A DNA stretch of 64,000 nucleotides from Mobula hypostoma (lineage: Eukaryota): NCBI RefSeq assembly GCF_963921235.1, contig NC_086108.1, forward strand, positions 72,108,001-72,172,000, read 5' to 3'. The notes under the pieces are model-generated. The model saw only the letters and a program-made list of their open reading frames with translations. It made no database searches and had not been told where the DNA came from. Below, piece after piece: positions 1 through 12,784 of this stretch (position 1 is its first letter; the number at the start of each line of letters is the position of its first letter). The position numbers and the translations under genes were made by a program.

Positions 1-615
1 GTCCGCGTCAATAGGACACTCAAAGCTACTGCGCGGGTTGATGGTGTTGTTAAGAAGGTGTATGGTGTGTTGGCATTCATCAACTGTGAGATTGAGTTCA
101 AGGGCCATGAGGTAATGTTACAGCTATATAAGACCTTGGTCAGACCCCAATTGGAGTACTGTGTTCAATTTTGGTCACTTCAGAATGCAGAGGAGATTTA
201 CAAGGATGTTGTCAGGATTGGAGGGCGTACCTTATGAGAATAGGTTGAGTGTACTTGGCCTTTTCTCCTTGGAGTGACGGAGGATGAAATGTGACCTGAA
301 AGAGGTGTATAAGATGATGAGGGGCATTGATCGTGTGGATACCCAGAGGCTTTTTCTCAGGGCTGAAATGGCTAACACGAGGGGGCATAGTTTTAAGGTG
401 CTTGGTAATAGGTACCAAAGGGATGTCAGGTGTAAGTTTTTCCACACAGAGAGTGGTGGGTGCGTGGAATGCACTGCCGGAGGCGGTGGTGGAAACAGAT
501 GCAATAGGTTCTTTTAAGAGCCTCTTAGATAGTTTCATGGTGCTTTGAAAAATGGAGGTCTATGCGCTAAGGAAATTCTAGGCAGTCTCTAGAGGAGGTT
601 ACATGGTGAGCACAA
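1..615 (+). mobile_element. CR1 LINE, 3' fragment (C-terminal ORF2 and 3' UTR), degraded
   Basis: Translates with frameshifts as VKKVYGVLAFINCEIEFKGHEVMLQLYKTLVRPQLEYCVQFWS...EVYKMMRGIDRVD...TRGHSFKV...TQRVVGAWNALPE, the typical CR1 ORF2 C-terminus. Confidence 0.9.
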
Positions 616-619
616 CAGA

Positions 620-3600
620 GCACCCCACTTAAATTAGAAACAAACTAAGATCCGTTCTCCTGGGCTCCCATCTTTTTCTTGTAATTAGATTTATGTTTTG
701 GAGTTACAAAACACAACAGTGACAACAAGGGATTTTTAAAATAACCTGAGATGTCCACCTATCTATTGAAGCACAATGAGATGTTTGAGTTTTTAAAAAT
801 GCAGCAAAACGGCTAAATAAAAAAAGCAGCGCCTCACGTGTTCCTTCAGAAAAAGAGACAGAAATGATTAAGTTTTTAAAAGGCAGAAGTGGACTAAATT
901 CACAGGTTAATAAACATTGAGTACTGGCTGATAATAATCATAAAAAAAGAGCAGAAATAGCTGGTTACATCAGAAAGACTGATGAATTTGATTACACAAT
1001 AGATAACTGGATATTATATATGAAGTGGATTGAACAGTATTTTAAAGCCAGTGAAATAGCCAATGTGAAACAAATATCAGTTTTGCAGAGTGCATTGGGT
1101 ATAAAAGCATACAGTTCTCTTCAAAGTTAAACTGCTCCAACCAAACCAACCAAAATGAGGTTTGCTGATGAGCTTTGCTGAAATTGTGAAAGTAATGCAG
1201 GAGTATTTAGAACTGAAACCATTATTGTTTGGAGAACACTTTAGATTTGATAAGTGGAATCATAACTAAGGGGAGTCCATTTCAGTGTATGGGACTGAAT
1301 TAAAGAGATTGGCTGAGCTTTGCCAGTTCAGTAAAGGGCTTAATGATGAACTAGGAGATCATTTAGTTCTGGAATCTTACAATAAATCATTCAAAAATGG
1401 CTCCTAACTGAAGCACAACTTACATTTAAATGACAACAGCAGAAAGAAATGCAATTGAATTGCAGTCAGGAATGAACAAAATTGCAACATCTGGATGGAG
1501 GTCTGGCTGGCTGAACCAATTGTGTTACCATTTTGGCAAGGGCTCACATATACCAGACCAATGCAGGTTTACTTGCAGAAAATGAAACAAAGTAGGACAC
1601 GTATAAAGATCTTATCAGACGGACAAAAATAAATGGACTGCAAAGGGAAGAGAAAAGGCTAAAAAGTCAAAATGCAGTTTCAAAAGAGCACTAATCTGCA
1701 CGCTGTTGATGAAATATCTGATAATGATGAGAGTGGCTCATAACTGGGTAGCCTTGAGAATGACAAAGTGAAAACTAACACTAGACAAGCAATATATTTT
1801 ATACCAGAAGTGAATGGTAAATTAATAAAAAAAGGAATAGGACACAGGCTTGGCTGTTTCAGTCATTCCACAAAATGAGTTTTAATGGCATTTCAAAGAT
1901 ACTGAACTGATGCCTGCAGATATTCAACTAAGTACTTCTACTGGAAAAAAGATAACTCCTGTAGGAATGACATCTATAAAAGCAAAATGCAACAAACAAC
2001 GTCACGTTGGGTTTGTAAGTGGTAAAAATAGGAGGGCCAGCATTGTTGGGATGTGATTGGCTGAGACAATTACTACTTGATTGGAGATCTATCCACAATT
2101 TGCAAGCCCCATCCCCTGTAACAGAGTCAACTGAGAGCAAATTAAGAAAGGTACTGGATGATGTCAAAGCAGTGTTCAAGCTTGTATTGAAAAACTCAAA
2201 GATATCAAGGATAAAATCGTGTTAAATGAAAATGCCACACCCAGGCTTTGCAAAGCCCTTCCAGTTCCTTATACCAACTGTGATAAAGCAGCTAGTGACC
2301 TAGATTGCATGGATGCTGAAAGAATTCTTACCAAGGTTCAGTGGAGCCCATGGACAATGCCACTGGTCCCGGTAGCCAAGTCACCATGATCACCATGTTA
2401 AAAGATTTTAAGATTTTAAGGTCACCATCAATCTAGTACTGAAAGTAGAGTAATACCCTCTGCTCAAGATAAAGGGTATCTTTACAAAGCTTCCTGGAGG
2501 AAAACACTTCAGCAAAGTGGGCTTAGCTGAGGCTTACCTACAGATGGAGATAGAAGAAGAGTCCAAAGTGTTTTTCACAAAGGGATTTAACACTATAATG
2601 GGCTCATTTTTGGAGTAGAATCTGCACCTGTGCTCTGGCAGAAAGCTATGGACCAGGTGTTGCAAGGCTGTCAGTGTTGCGTGGATGACATCTTTGTTAC
2701 CAGTAAGGATGATAAGGAAAATTGCCAAAATCTTTGGGCAGTGTTAAAAAGATTAGAAGATTATGGGCTCAAAGCATGATGCAACAAGTGTGAATTCTTT
2801 AAACCGAGCATCGCTTGCTGTGGTCACACCATTGACGCGCAAGATTTACATAGGTGTGCTGAGAAATTTCAGGTAGTGGTGGATGCCCCAAAGCCACAGG
2901 ATGTGTCACAGTTGTGGTTCTTTTTAGAAATTCGTCATTTACTATAACAGGTTCCTGCCAAGCTTGGCAATGGTGCTCCACTGCTTGAACTCTTTATAAC
3001 AGATCAGCAAGAAATGACAATGGACAAAACAATATGAGTTGGCTTTCCAAAAGGTAAACGAAATGATGATGTCAGACACTGTACTCACACATTGTGATCC
3101 ATATCATCTAGTGAAGCTTGCCTGTAAGACCTTGACCTATAGAATAAGTGCCGTCATGTCTCACATGTTATGAGAGATGGAAGTAAATGCCCCACAGCCT
3201 TTGCATCACATTCTCTTACCACTGCAGAGAAAACTAACGCACAGATCAACAGAGATGCCTTGAGTGTGCTTTGGGTGTGAAATGTTTCAACAAGTACTTC
3301 TATGGGAGAGATTTTATCCTCATTACCGATCTTCGACTACTAGTGTCCATTTTAATCCACGAAAGAGTGTCCCACTAACAGCAGCAGCACAAACGCAGAG
3401 ATGGGCTCTGTTTCTTGGAGGACACAATTACAGGACTGAATTCAAGAGGACGACTAATTATGGAAATTCTGATGGATTGTCCTGTTTGTCCTTAGAAAAG
3501 GAAATAAACGGAAAAAGATTACAAAACAAAAAGCACACTGTTTTGGATGTATTCTTGGTAACGCAAATCGGCAGAGATGACCCAAAGAGAAACCAGAAAG

Positions 3601-4100
3601 GATCCCACCTTGTCTCAGGTCTACACAGTAACCCAAAATGGCTGGAATATGCAGCAGAAACTTCAGTTCCCCTATTTTTACAGGTGCTGGGATGAACTTG
3701 CCCTTGATGGAAGTTGCCTTATGTGGGGATTGAGAGCTGTTGTACCATCCAAGCTGAGACCCAAAGTTTTGGAGGAGCTACATGCTGGTCATCTATATGT
3801 GGTTAAAATGAAAGCATTGGCTCGAAGCTTTGTCTGTTGGCTTGGGATAGATCAGCAGATTGAGCAGCTTGCCATGTACTGTTTGGGATGCCAACAGTAC
3901 ATTCAGAAGATACCAAGAAGACTACCTCCTGTCCCTGGGAATGGCCTGCGTTTCCCCAGCAGAGGATTCATTTAAGTTTTGCCGGACCACTCATGGGCAC
4001 AAGTTTCTTGGCAGTAGTGGATGCAGCTCCAAAATGGCCAGTAGTGTTCCCAATAGCCTCCGCTACAGCCTCGCACACTGCTGATGCGTTGAGAAGCCTC
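620..4100 (+). mobile_element. Degraded Ty3/Gypsy LTR retrotransposon internal region (gag-PR-RT-RNaseH-IN), 3'-truncated in integrase
   Basis: Gag-like region at about 955-1750 with a zinc-knuckle remnant (CYHFGKGSHIPDQC). Protease DTGLAVSVIP at about 1841 and LLGCDWL at about 2043. RT FGVESAPVLWQKAMDQVLQG and CVDDI at about 2680. RNase H AFASHSLTTAEK. Integrase zinc finger LHAGHL...CLGCQQ and core WEWP...RIHLSFAGP...VVDA. Order PR-RT-RH-IN. Many stops and frameshifts. A possible 5' LTR remnant lies at about 620-720. Confidence 0.9.
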
Positions 4101-4314
4101 AGAAAGGTTTGCCCAGAGTCTGAAGACTGCACTGGAAGCAATGTCAGCTGAACACACCACACTGACCCTGAATCAGAAGCTCGCCAAATTCCTTCTTACA
4201 TGATACAATGCAGCACACTCCTTAAACTGTCCTGGTGGTATTTTAACAGCAAATGCCATTTCAACTGTTTCTAAATGTTTTTGATGATTGGAGATACTTT
4301 GAAACAATTTAGAC

Positions 4315-4393
4315 CGGGGTTCCCAACTTTTTTAATGTCATGAACCACCACCGTTAACCAAGGGGTCTGTGAACCCCAGGTTGGGAGCCCCCG
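4315..4393. mobile_element. ~80-bp hAT (Charlie-like) MITE, copy 1
   Basis: Terminal inverted repeats cggggttcccaac...gttgggagcccccg; 8-bp flanks atttagac/gtttagaa; related copies at 26419 and 35299. Confidence 0.75.
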
Positions 4394-6227
4394 GTTTAGA
4401 ATGATTAAAAAAGTTTTTAAAAATATCAAAAATAAACTGACCTCAACATATTGTGATTTTGCACTATCCTGGACAGATGGTAATAGATGGTTTTCAATGG
4501 CAGTTCCTACAAACCCTCACCCCTATCTATAACCCCTCCCTGCTCACTTTAGTTAGCTTCACAAGATTTTTCTGAATACCAGGTATTGACTAAAGGCAGA
4601 CTGGTTCTCAGATGGAGAACATCTTTCTCCTCTGGACTTTTCCTGCCCAGCATCACTTGGCCTGGTCCAGCCCAGCCTAATCTTGCTCAGATCACTTCAG
4701 GATACTCATCCTGTCCTGAGGTAGAGTGGGGATGCCGAGGCCTGGCGGTTTCTGGATGATTCAGAGAAAGGAGGAGCCAGCTGAACAAACCAATTAGGCG
4801 AGAAGGAAGCAGTTTAGACTCCAACGCATTCAGCTACAATAGAGATTTAACCATGTTTCAGCTGGTTAGACTGTTTATAGCCCACACACCTCAGCTTCTC
4901 TGCTGCACTCAATATCTGCAAAATTTGAGCTGCAGCTGGAGGGATGAGGCGAAAGAATATAGTATGTTATGCTGCTGTGCTACAGTGGCATTGCAACACA
5001 ATTTTTAGTTTAATTAATTCTCAGCATAATACAGAAATGGCAAGTGACAGAACAGTTCTAACTGAACCCAAGTTCGCTGGAGACCATTCTGACAGAAAGG
5101 TTGGGCCAAACGTGGGGAGGAATGTCAGCCCCAACATGTGTCACCTCTACAGTCTGAGCTTTCTGAGACTTTTCTTATCACAGCTGATTTAGAATATAGT
5201 TCGTGTTTATTGAATAAAATGGGGAGATAACATGAAACTTGCCTGCCTAAAGTTGGTGACAGGCGTCATATTGTTTCTCCTTTATACCTTTTTACTCAAT
5301 TTATTTATAGACTTATGTAAGAGATGCAGAAATTGAGTGCTGGTGTATCTGTTATGTTGAACTCTGCCATTTCCAGCAACAGATTGCTTTTAGTATTTTT
5401 GTTATCTATTCTGAGTTATAAATAGGGATCTCTATTCGTATAGTCACAAGTGTACTGTTTGCACCATCGTACTGCATTAGTCAATAGAGCAGTATATTCA
5501 TCAAAGAAAACACATATATCACTCAGTAACACATGATCTTGTAATCAGAAAATAAATGCATAAGCATAAATCTTAAAATGCTATTAAGAAACAAAAGCTC
5601 AGAGAACAAAAAGGTGTAACAATCTGAATATTTTTAGTATTATTAAAGGTTGGATAGGAAAACTGGAAAAGGTGGAGAGAGAATAACTTTTATTTCTGGT
5701 TAAATAACAATGAACTTTCTTTTAGCAGAGTACTTAATGCCAACTCACTTTTTATGTTGTCATAATGAATGTCAGGGGAAGCCTGAGGGGCTGAGGAGCC
5801 AATTTGTGTCCCTACTAGTATGTGTTCTGGTGCCCACTCTAGTTTTGCAATCCACTGGATGAAAAGAAAGGCTGAAAGCTGAGTTGAGAGGTGGATTGGC
5901 AGACTTGCCACATCAAAGAGCATGATAGGAACCAGGAACAACTTTGCATATTCGCCGAGAGCTTGGAGTGATGAATTTCAGAAGGACAGCATGGGGTTAA
6001 GTCAGCTTTGCTCACTCCTGTCATGATCTGCCTTCCCTGCATGTTTGTAGTGGGAGTTGATATTGAGAATATATTTGCACATGCAGTGTGGCTGAGCAAG
6101 CAGATTCTAAGCATTGTTCAATTGAGAAACAGAAGTTGTAGGAAATTGTTAGTAATCAAGGGGCAGGTGACAAATAAATACATTTTATGGTGATTTGGAA
6201 GTGTGGTGATTTGTGAAAAATGAACAC

Positions 6228-6280
6228 TATTATATTAAATAATATTATATTAAATATTATATTATATTATATTAAATAAC
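6228..6280. repeat. AT-rich low-complexity repeat (TATTA/TATTAAA)n
   Basis: tattatattaaataatattatattaaatattatattatattatattaaataa. Confidence 0.85.
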
Positions 6281-7359
6281 ATTGAGCATTGCATGTTAAA
6301 ACTGAATTTCCCTATATAATCCATTGAAGACTAAACAGAGATTAAGAGCACTTGGCAGAATTCTGTGAGATACTTGTGTAAATTTTGTGACAGCACTGGG
6401 CTTCAATGGACGCCTCCATGTTATAAGTTGGCCACTGTTACTGCCAGCATTGGGACCACAGTCTGCAGCTGCGCCACAAAATGTAGAGATGTTGCAGCCT
6501 TGTTTGCAAAAGTGCAACGTGTGAAAATGAAAATAAGGAATTTGAAGAACATGACTGAGGTCGCAACAGGACATTTTAAATCATGGTTCTCAACTTGCTG
6601 CATTGTCTATTCTTTTTGTCACTGTGAGGGAAAATGGGAAAATGGAAGATTGTTAGCTGCACCTTTTAGATCCAATTTCCTCCTAGACTGGAAAAGCAGG
6701 TTGATGATGTTGTGCTGTGAATTGCAGCAGGATGTGACTAGCCTATTTTTCTGGTCGTTAGAGTTTCAGTAAGAAATGGTGCAACCAATTTTAAAATGTG
6801 GAAAACGCATTTATGTATTAAAACTGGCACAAATATATTATCCTGTTCCTGTTTCCAAGCTACAGAGGCTGAACAGGGATAAAAGCACATTAAATGAATG
6901 CAAACAAAAATCAGATGTAATATGAGGGTAAGGTTTGGATTGTTTTCTAGAAGGTAGGGAATAGAAAAGCAGAGCACTATTTAAATGGTAAGAGACTACA
7001 AAATGGCGATCTTCAGAAAGATTTCGTGTCCTCATATGAGAAACAGAAAGTAAACAGTCCGTCACAGCAAGTTATTGTATATGAAGTATTATTCTTTACT
7101 GAAAGGTGGTGGGGGCAAGGGAGTAAGCAGGCCTTGATGTAACTGTACTGGGCTTTTATGTGAGCACACTTTAAGTGCTGTAGTTCATTTTTTGTTTCCT
7201 TAGCATTAAAAGTATATTTCTCCCTTAGAGGTGCTGCAGTGAAGATTTATTGACCTAAATCCCAAGCTGAGAGGGGAGGATGAAAACTGCATATGGATCT
7301 AAGTTACTGGACAATAGGGGAAACGAGGTTTATGGGAACAGGCAGGAGAATGGTATTGA

Positions 7360-8005
7360 AGTCCAAGGTGAGTTTATTGTCATATGCACAGTACATACAC
7401 ACACAGGTGCGACAAAAGAAAACCTCCTTTCATCAGCATCATAGGCACATAGCATCATGTAAACACACACAGAATTCTGGAGGAACTCAGCAGGCTAGGC
7501 AGCATCTAGGAAAAGAGTACAGTCGATGTTTCAGGCTGAAACTCTTCAACAGTATCTTATAAGCCAAATTCACAAGAAAATCCTAAATTATACACAATTA
7601 GAACAAAAAACCAAAGTTCATTTTAGTACAAAGTGATCATAGTGTTGCTATACTGTGGTGATTAGAGTTCTGCTGTTTGGTTCAAGAACCGAATAATTGA
7701 ACAGAAGTAGATTCTCTTGAAGCTGATGGTGTGGGTTTTCAGGCTTCTGTACCTCCTGCCCAATGATAGGGGTGAAAAGAAGACATTGCCCAGATGGTGA
7801 GGATCTGCGATGGACGATGCTTCCTTGAGGCAGTGCCTCCTTGCAGACACTACCAACAGTGAGGAGTGACATGCCTGTGATGAATTAGACAGAGCCCGCT
7901 GACTTCTGCAGCTTCTTACATCCTGTGTATGAAAGTACCAAACCAGACCATGTTGCAGCCTGTCAGGATACTTTCAACAATACAATTGCAGAAGCTTATT
8001 TAGAG
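7360..8005 (-). mobile_element. Rex1/Babar-type LINE 3' fragment
   Basis: Minus ORF 7662-7856 gives KEASSIADPHHLGNVFFSPLSLGRRYRSLKTHTISFKRIYF, the same C-terminal motif as other Rex1-type copies here (DP.HPG..LF..LPSGRR.RS...T.R..NSF). It contains a Penelope terminal fragment at about 7460-7555. Confidence 0.75.
7460..7556 (-). mobile_element. Penelope-like terminal-repeat fragment with a degenerate hammerhead motif
   Basis: acacacacagaattctggaggaactcagcaggctaggcagcatc...cagtcgatgtttcaggctgaaactcttcaacag matches the ends of the GIY-YIG element at 20006-21093. Confidence 0.75.
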
Positions 8006-10251
8006 TGTTTGGGAGCTTGACGATGTTGAATGGCAGGACCAAACAGTTATATGGCCTGTTCCTGCTCCTATTTCTTAGGTTGCTATTTTGTTGTATTTTC
8101 ATTTTTTTATTAACTTAAACTTCCTTATCTAGTTTCATTGATGTAATTATTCATGTACTTAATAGGAAGTTAATATCCATTTAATTCTTGGGTGAACAGA
8201 ATTTTCCTTCAATTCTGTGTTAGAATTGAGACATTATCTTTATCCCCCAACACAAACTCCTTTCTCTTGTCTGATATAAGGTTCAATTGATGGGAAACAG
8301 TGACAGAGCTGATCTCTCTTCATAGTCGCTTGTGTTGTTCTAGTCTTTATTGGGCTAATGGTCTACCTGAGAATGGATCAAATTTCTCCAATTTTTTTCC
8401 TGAAATTCATGAATTAAGAAGTGCTTAATAGGCCTATTGATGCAGCCTGGCAAGTTCCCATTCATTAAACCTAGAGCCCTTCCTGTCTTCTTGTGCCGTA
8501 GAAGTCTCCTGAAAGGCTATATTCATTAGGATGTTCTATCTACCCTGGCAGCTGTGAATTATTAGGAATTCATAATATTATAAAGGAAATAATTTCAATA
8601 AGATCTGTGTTCTGAATATTGCTTCTTTTTAAGGCTGAGCTTCTGTGATCTGGACCTTTAGCTTCCTTGGCCAAAGTCAGTCATTCCTGCTTGCCCTTGA
8701 AGAAGCCTGTTTCCTCACAACCCTTTCAACTCTTTGCCTTACTCCCATTTCTCTGTGTAATACCAGCCCGGGATATCAATCTTCCTCATTGTTGGCTTAG
8801 TGCTAATGCTTTTCCTTACTCCACTTGTGGTATCTCATTGACATTGATTTGTTGGCATTTGTTACCATGCAGAGAACAAGACATTATAGAAGGTCTACAA
8901 TTCATTGGAAATTGAATACCATAGTACATTTACAAACCTTCCATTGTGACAATGTATTTCGATAAAGGCTGACAATAATTTCACTGTCTTTTATTCAGAC
9001 ACCATCCACTTTGCTTGGGGATACAAAGGAAAATAGAATGGTGCCAATAACTGAGAAGAGCACAAGGACTTGTTGCGGAGAGTTTCAATATAGCTTAAAT
9101 AATTTTATTTCTTCTTTAGGGAACTGGAATGCATGAAGGAAATTTATGTTGCCTCATTCATTTCTGCATGTTAATGGGTACTAGAAGCTTTACCAAACTT
9201 AGCTGAGTGACCAGGTTCTAAATCCTATCAAAGAGCAGACAGATTGTACCAGCTCTGCCGACTCAGAGCTGCCAACTTTTTTTTGAGTCTACAACTCTGC
9301 TTTCCTGGGTTCCATAGAGAACTTTTACTGCTATGATCACCTTGCCAATTCCAAAACACTTGAAGGCTTGTACACAGTATCCTGTCTCTTGCTGGTCAGT
9401 AGGCTAATATATTTCCTTCATGTGCTCTTGGCTTTATCTGTCATCTTTAGCAACTTTAACTCCTTACATTACATTGAATTCTACCAACCCATTGGAAGCA
9501 GTGGCTTAATAAGCTCCCCCTGCACCCAGCTGTAATGGTTAAAGAGCAGAAACCCTCTACCCACCACATCCTTGAACAATGCTTTGTGTATCAGAGGTAT
9601 GTGGGAGACCCACATTCCCCACAGTGCGATGCCTTGCCCAAATGTGCCTTCTAGTGATTATTTCTAACTCTGATTCTATGATAATTGTACTTTCCCATAA
9701 TAGGCTGAATGGAATGGCTCTGTGCTCACAGCAGTTTTGAGAAATGAAAGGTGATTGCACTGACGTATTTGAGAGGGTCTGATAGTGTGGGAACTGAGAC
9801 TCTGCTTCCCTTTGCTCAAGAACACAGAACTAAGGCGGCTCAATTCACAGTCAAAGGTTACCACAGCTGTGGGGGTCCTAAGCAACCATCATCTTCCAGG
9901 TAGGACTGCCATAAAGTATGTACCCCTTTTGCTACGCACTCATCATCGCCGATGTCCTCGGGTAATTGCCAGCTGCAAACATTCCCCAGCTACAATGGCT
10001 GTTCAAGCAAACACTGCCCTGCATGATCGATAGACATTCTCTCCCACTTCCCTCTCTATACTAATAGCGTTACTGTTAACCTATTCGATTACACACAAGG
10101 CCAAAGACTTTATGCATGATAGAAATCTGTAGTCAATAGGGGACCTCCCACATTGCTGTTCTAGGTTTACCAATTCTGCTGCAATATAAGTTTTGGGTGC
10201 AGGATGATTTCTGGTCCAAAGACTTGTCCAAATTTACTCCATTACTACTAT

Positions 10252-12641
10252 AACATAGAACATAGAACATAGTGCAGTACAGGCCCTTCAGCCCACAATG
10301 CTGTGCCAGTCCTTAAACCCTGCCTCCCATATAATCCCCACCTTAAATTCCTCCATCTACCTGTCTAGTAGTCTCTTATATTTCACTAGTGTATCTACCT
10401 CCACCACTGACTCAGGCAGTGCATTCCACACACCAACCACTCTCTGAGTAAAAAACCTTCCTTTAATATCCCCCTTGAACTTCCCACCCCTTACCTTAAA
10501 GCCATGTCCTCTTATATTGAGTAGTGCTGCTTTGGGGAAGAGGCGCTGGCTGTCCACTCTATATATTCCTCTTAATATCTTGTATACCTCTATCATGTCT
10601 CCTCTCATCCTCCTTCTCACCAGAGAGTAAAGCCCGAGCTCCCTTAATCTCTGATCATAATGCATACTGTCTAAACCAGGCAGCATCCTGGTAAATCTCC
10701 TCTGTACCCTTTCCAATGCTTCCACATCCTTCCTATAGTGAGGCGACCAGAACTGGACACAGTACTCCAAGTGTGGCCTACCCAGAGTTTTATAGAGCTG
10801 CATCATTACCTCGCGACACTTAAACTCTATCCCTCGACTTATGAGAGCTAACACCCCATAAGCTTTCTTAACTACCCTATCTACCTGTGAGGCAACTTTC
10901 AGTGATCTGTGGACATGTACCCCCAGATCACTCTACTCCTCCACACTACCAAGTATCCTGCCATTTACTTTGTACTCTGCCTTGGAGTTTGTCCTTCCAA
11001 TGTTTACCACCTCACACTTCTCAGGGTTGAACTCCATCTGCCAGTTCTGAGCCCACTTCTGCATCCTATCAATGCCTCTCTGCAATCTTCGACAATCCTC
11101 TACACTATCCACAACACCACCAACCTTTGTGTTGTCTGCAAACTTGCCAACCCACCCTTCTACCCCTAAATCCAGGTCGTTAATAAAAATCACGAAAAGT
11201 AGAGGTCCCAGAACAGATCCTTGTGGGACAGCACTAGTTACAACCCTCCAATCTGAATGTACTCCCTCCACCATGACCTTATGCTTTCTGCAGGCAAGCC
11301 AATTCTGAATCCACCTGGCCAAATTTCCCCGGATCCCATGCCTTCTGACTTTCTGAAAAAGCCTACCGTGTGGAACCTTGTCAAATGCCTTACTAAAATC
11401 CATGTAGATCACATCCACTGCACTACTCTCATCTATCTGCCTGGTCACCTCCTCAGAGAACTCTATCAGGCTTGTTAGACACGATCAGCCCTTCACAAAG
11501 CCATGCTGACTGTCCCTGATCAGAGCATGATTCTCTAAATGCCCATAGATCCTATCTTTAAGAATTTTTCCAACAGATTTCCCACCACAGATGTAAGGCT
11601 CACTGGTCTATAATTACCCCAACTATCCCTACTATCTTTTTTGAACAAGGGGACAACATTCGCCTCCCTCCAATCCTCCGGTACCATTCCCGTGGACAAC
11701 GGGGACATAAAGATCCTTGTCAGAGGCTCAGCAATTTCTTCCCTCACCTCATGGAGCAGCCTGGGGAATATTCCATCAGGTCCCGGGGACTTATCCGTCC
11801 TAATGTATTTTAACAACTCCAACACCTCCTCTCCCTTAATATCAACATGCTCCAGAACATCAACCTCACTGATATTGTCCTCACCGTCATCAAGTTCCCT
11901 CTCATTGGTGAATTCCAAAGAGAAGTATTCATTGAGGACCTTGCTCACTTCCACAGCCTTCAGGCACATCTTCCCACCTTTATCTCTAATCGGTCCTACC
12001 TTCACTCCTGTCATCCTTTTGTTCTTCACATAATTGAAGAATACCTTGGGGTTTTCCTTTACCCTACTCACCAAGGCCTTCTCATGCCCCCTTCTTGCTC
12101 TTCTCAGCCCCTTCTTAAGTTCCTTTCTTGCTTCCCTATATTCCTCAATAGACCCATCTGATCCTTGCTTCCTAATCCTCATGTATGCTGCCTTCTTCCA
12201 CCTGACTAGATTTTCCACCTCACTTGTCACCCATGGTTCCTTCACCCTACCATTCTTTATCTTCCTCACAGGAATAAATTTATCCCTAACCTCCTGCAAG
12301 AGATCGCTAAACATCGACTACGTGTCCATAGTACATTTCCCTGCAAAAACATCACCCTAATTCACACCCGCAAGTTCTAGCCTTACAGCCTCATAATTTG
12401 CACTTCCCCAATTAAAAATTTTCCCGTCCTCTCTGATTCTATCCTTTTCCATGACAATGCTAAAGGCCAGGGAGCGGTTGTCACTGTCCCCCAGATGCTC
12501 ACCCACTGAGAGACCTGTGACCTGACCCGGTTCGTTACCTAATACTAGATCTAGTATGGCATTACTCCTAGTCGGCCTGTCCACATACTGTGACAGGAAT
12601 CTGTCCTGGACACACTTAAAAAACTCTGCCCCGTCTAAACC
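10252..12641 (-). mobile_element. CR1 LINE, 5'-truncated (end of endonuclease, RT, 3' UTR), young subfamily
   Basis: Minus ORFs: PTRSNAILDLVLGNEPGQV; KSPGPDGIFPRLL...WREANVVPLFKK...NYRPVSLTSVV; DFSKAFDKVPH...VPQGSVLGPLLF...KFADNTK; RPHLEYCVQFWSP. A (TTCTATG)n tail lies at about 10252-10272. Confidence 0.95.
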
Positions 12642-12784
12642 AAAACATTCAACTGAAAGTGTCTAGCTGAAAACCAAATGTAATAAAATGTATTTTGAAT
12701 AAAATAGTTGTTCCAGGAAAATCAGAACTGTAATATTTTTTGAAGTTAGCATTATTTTTCCATCATTATGGATGTTACTGGCTT

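Larger units (their letters stand above)
6880..8078 (+). mobile_element. Ancient CR1 3' fragment, with its 3' UTR split by the insertion at 7360-8005
   Basis: Degenerate YLNGKRL..., LM*LYWAFM*AHFKCCSSF, followed by a UTR-like stretch (gaggtttatgggaacaggcaggagaatgg) that resumes at about 8010 (atggcctgttcctgctcctatttctt). Confidence 0.55.

Noticed and set aside
6365..6772. 135-aa ORF in non-repeat DNA
   Set aside because: GTG start, no recognisable domain, and a composition typical of a chance ORF.
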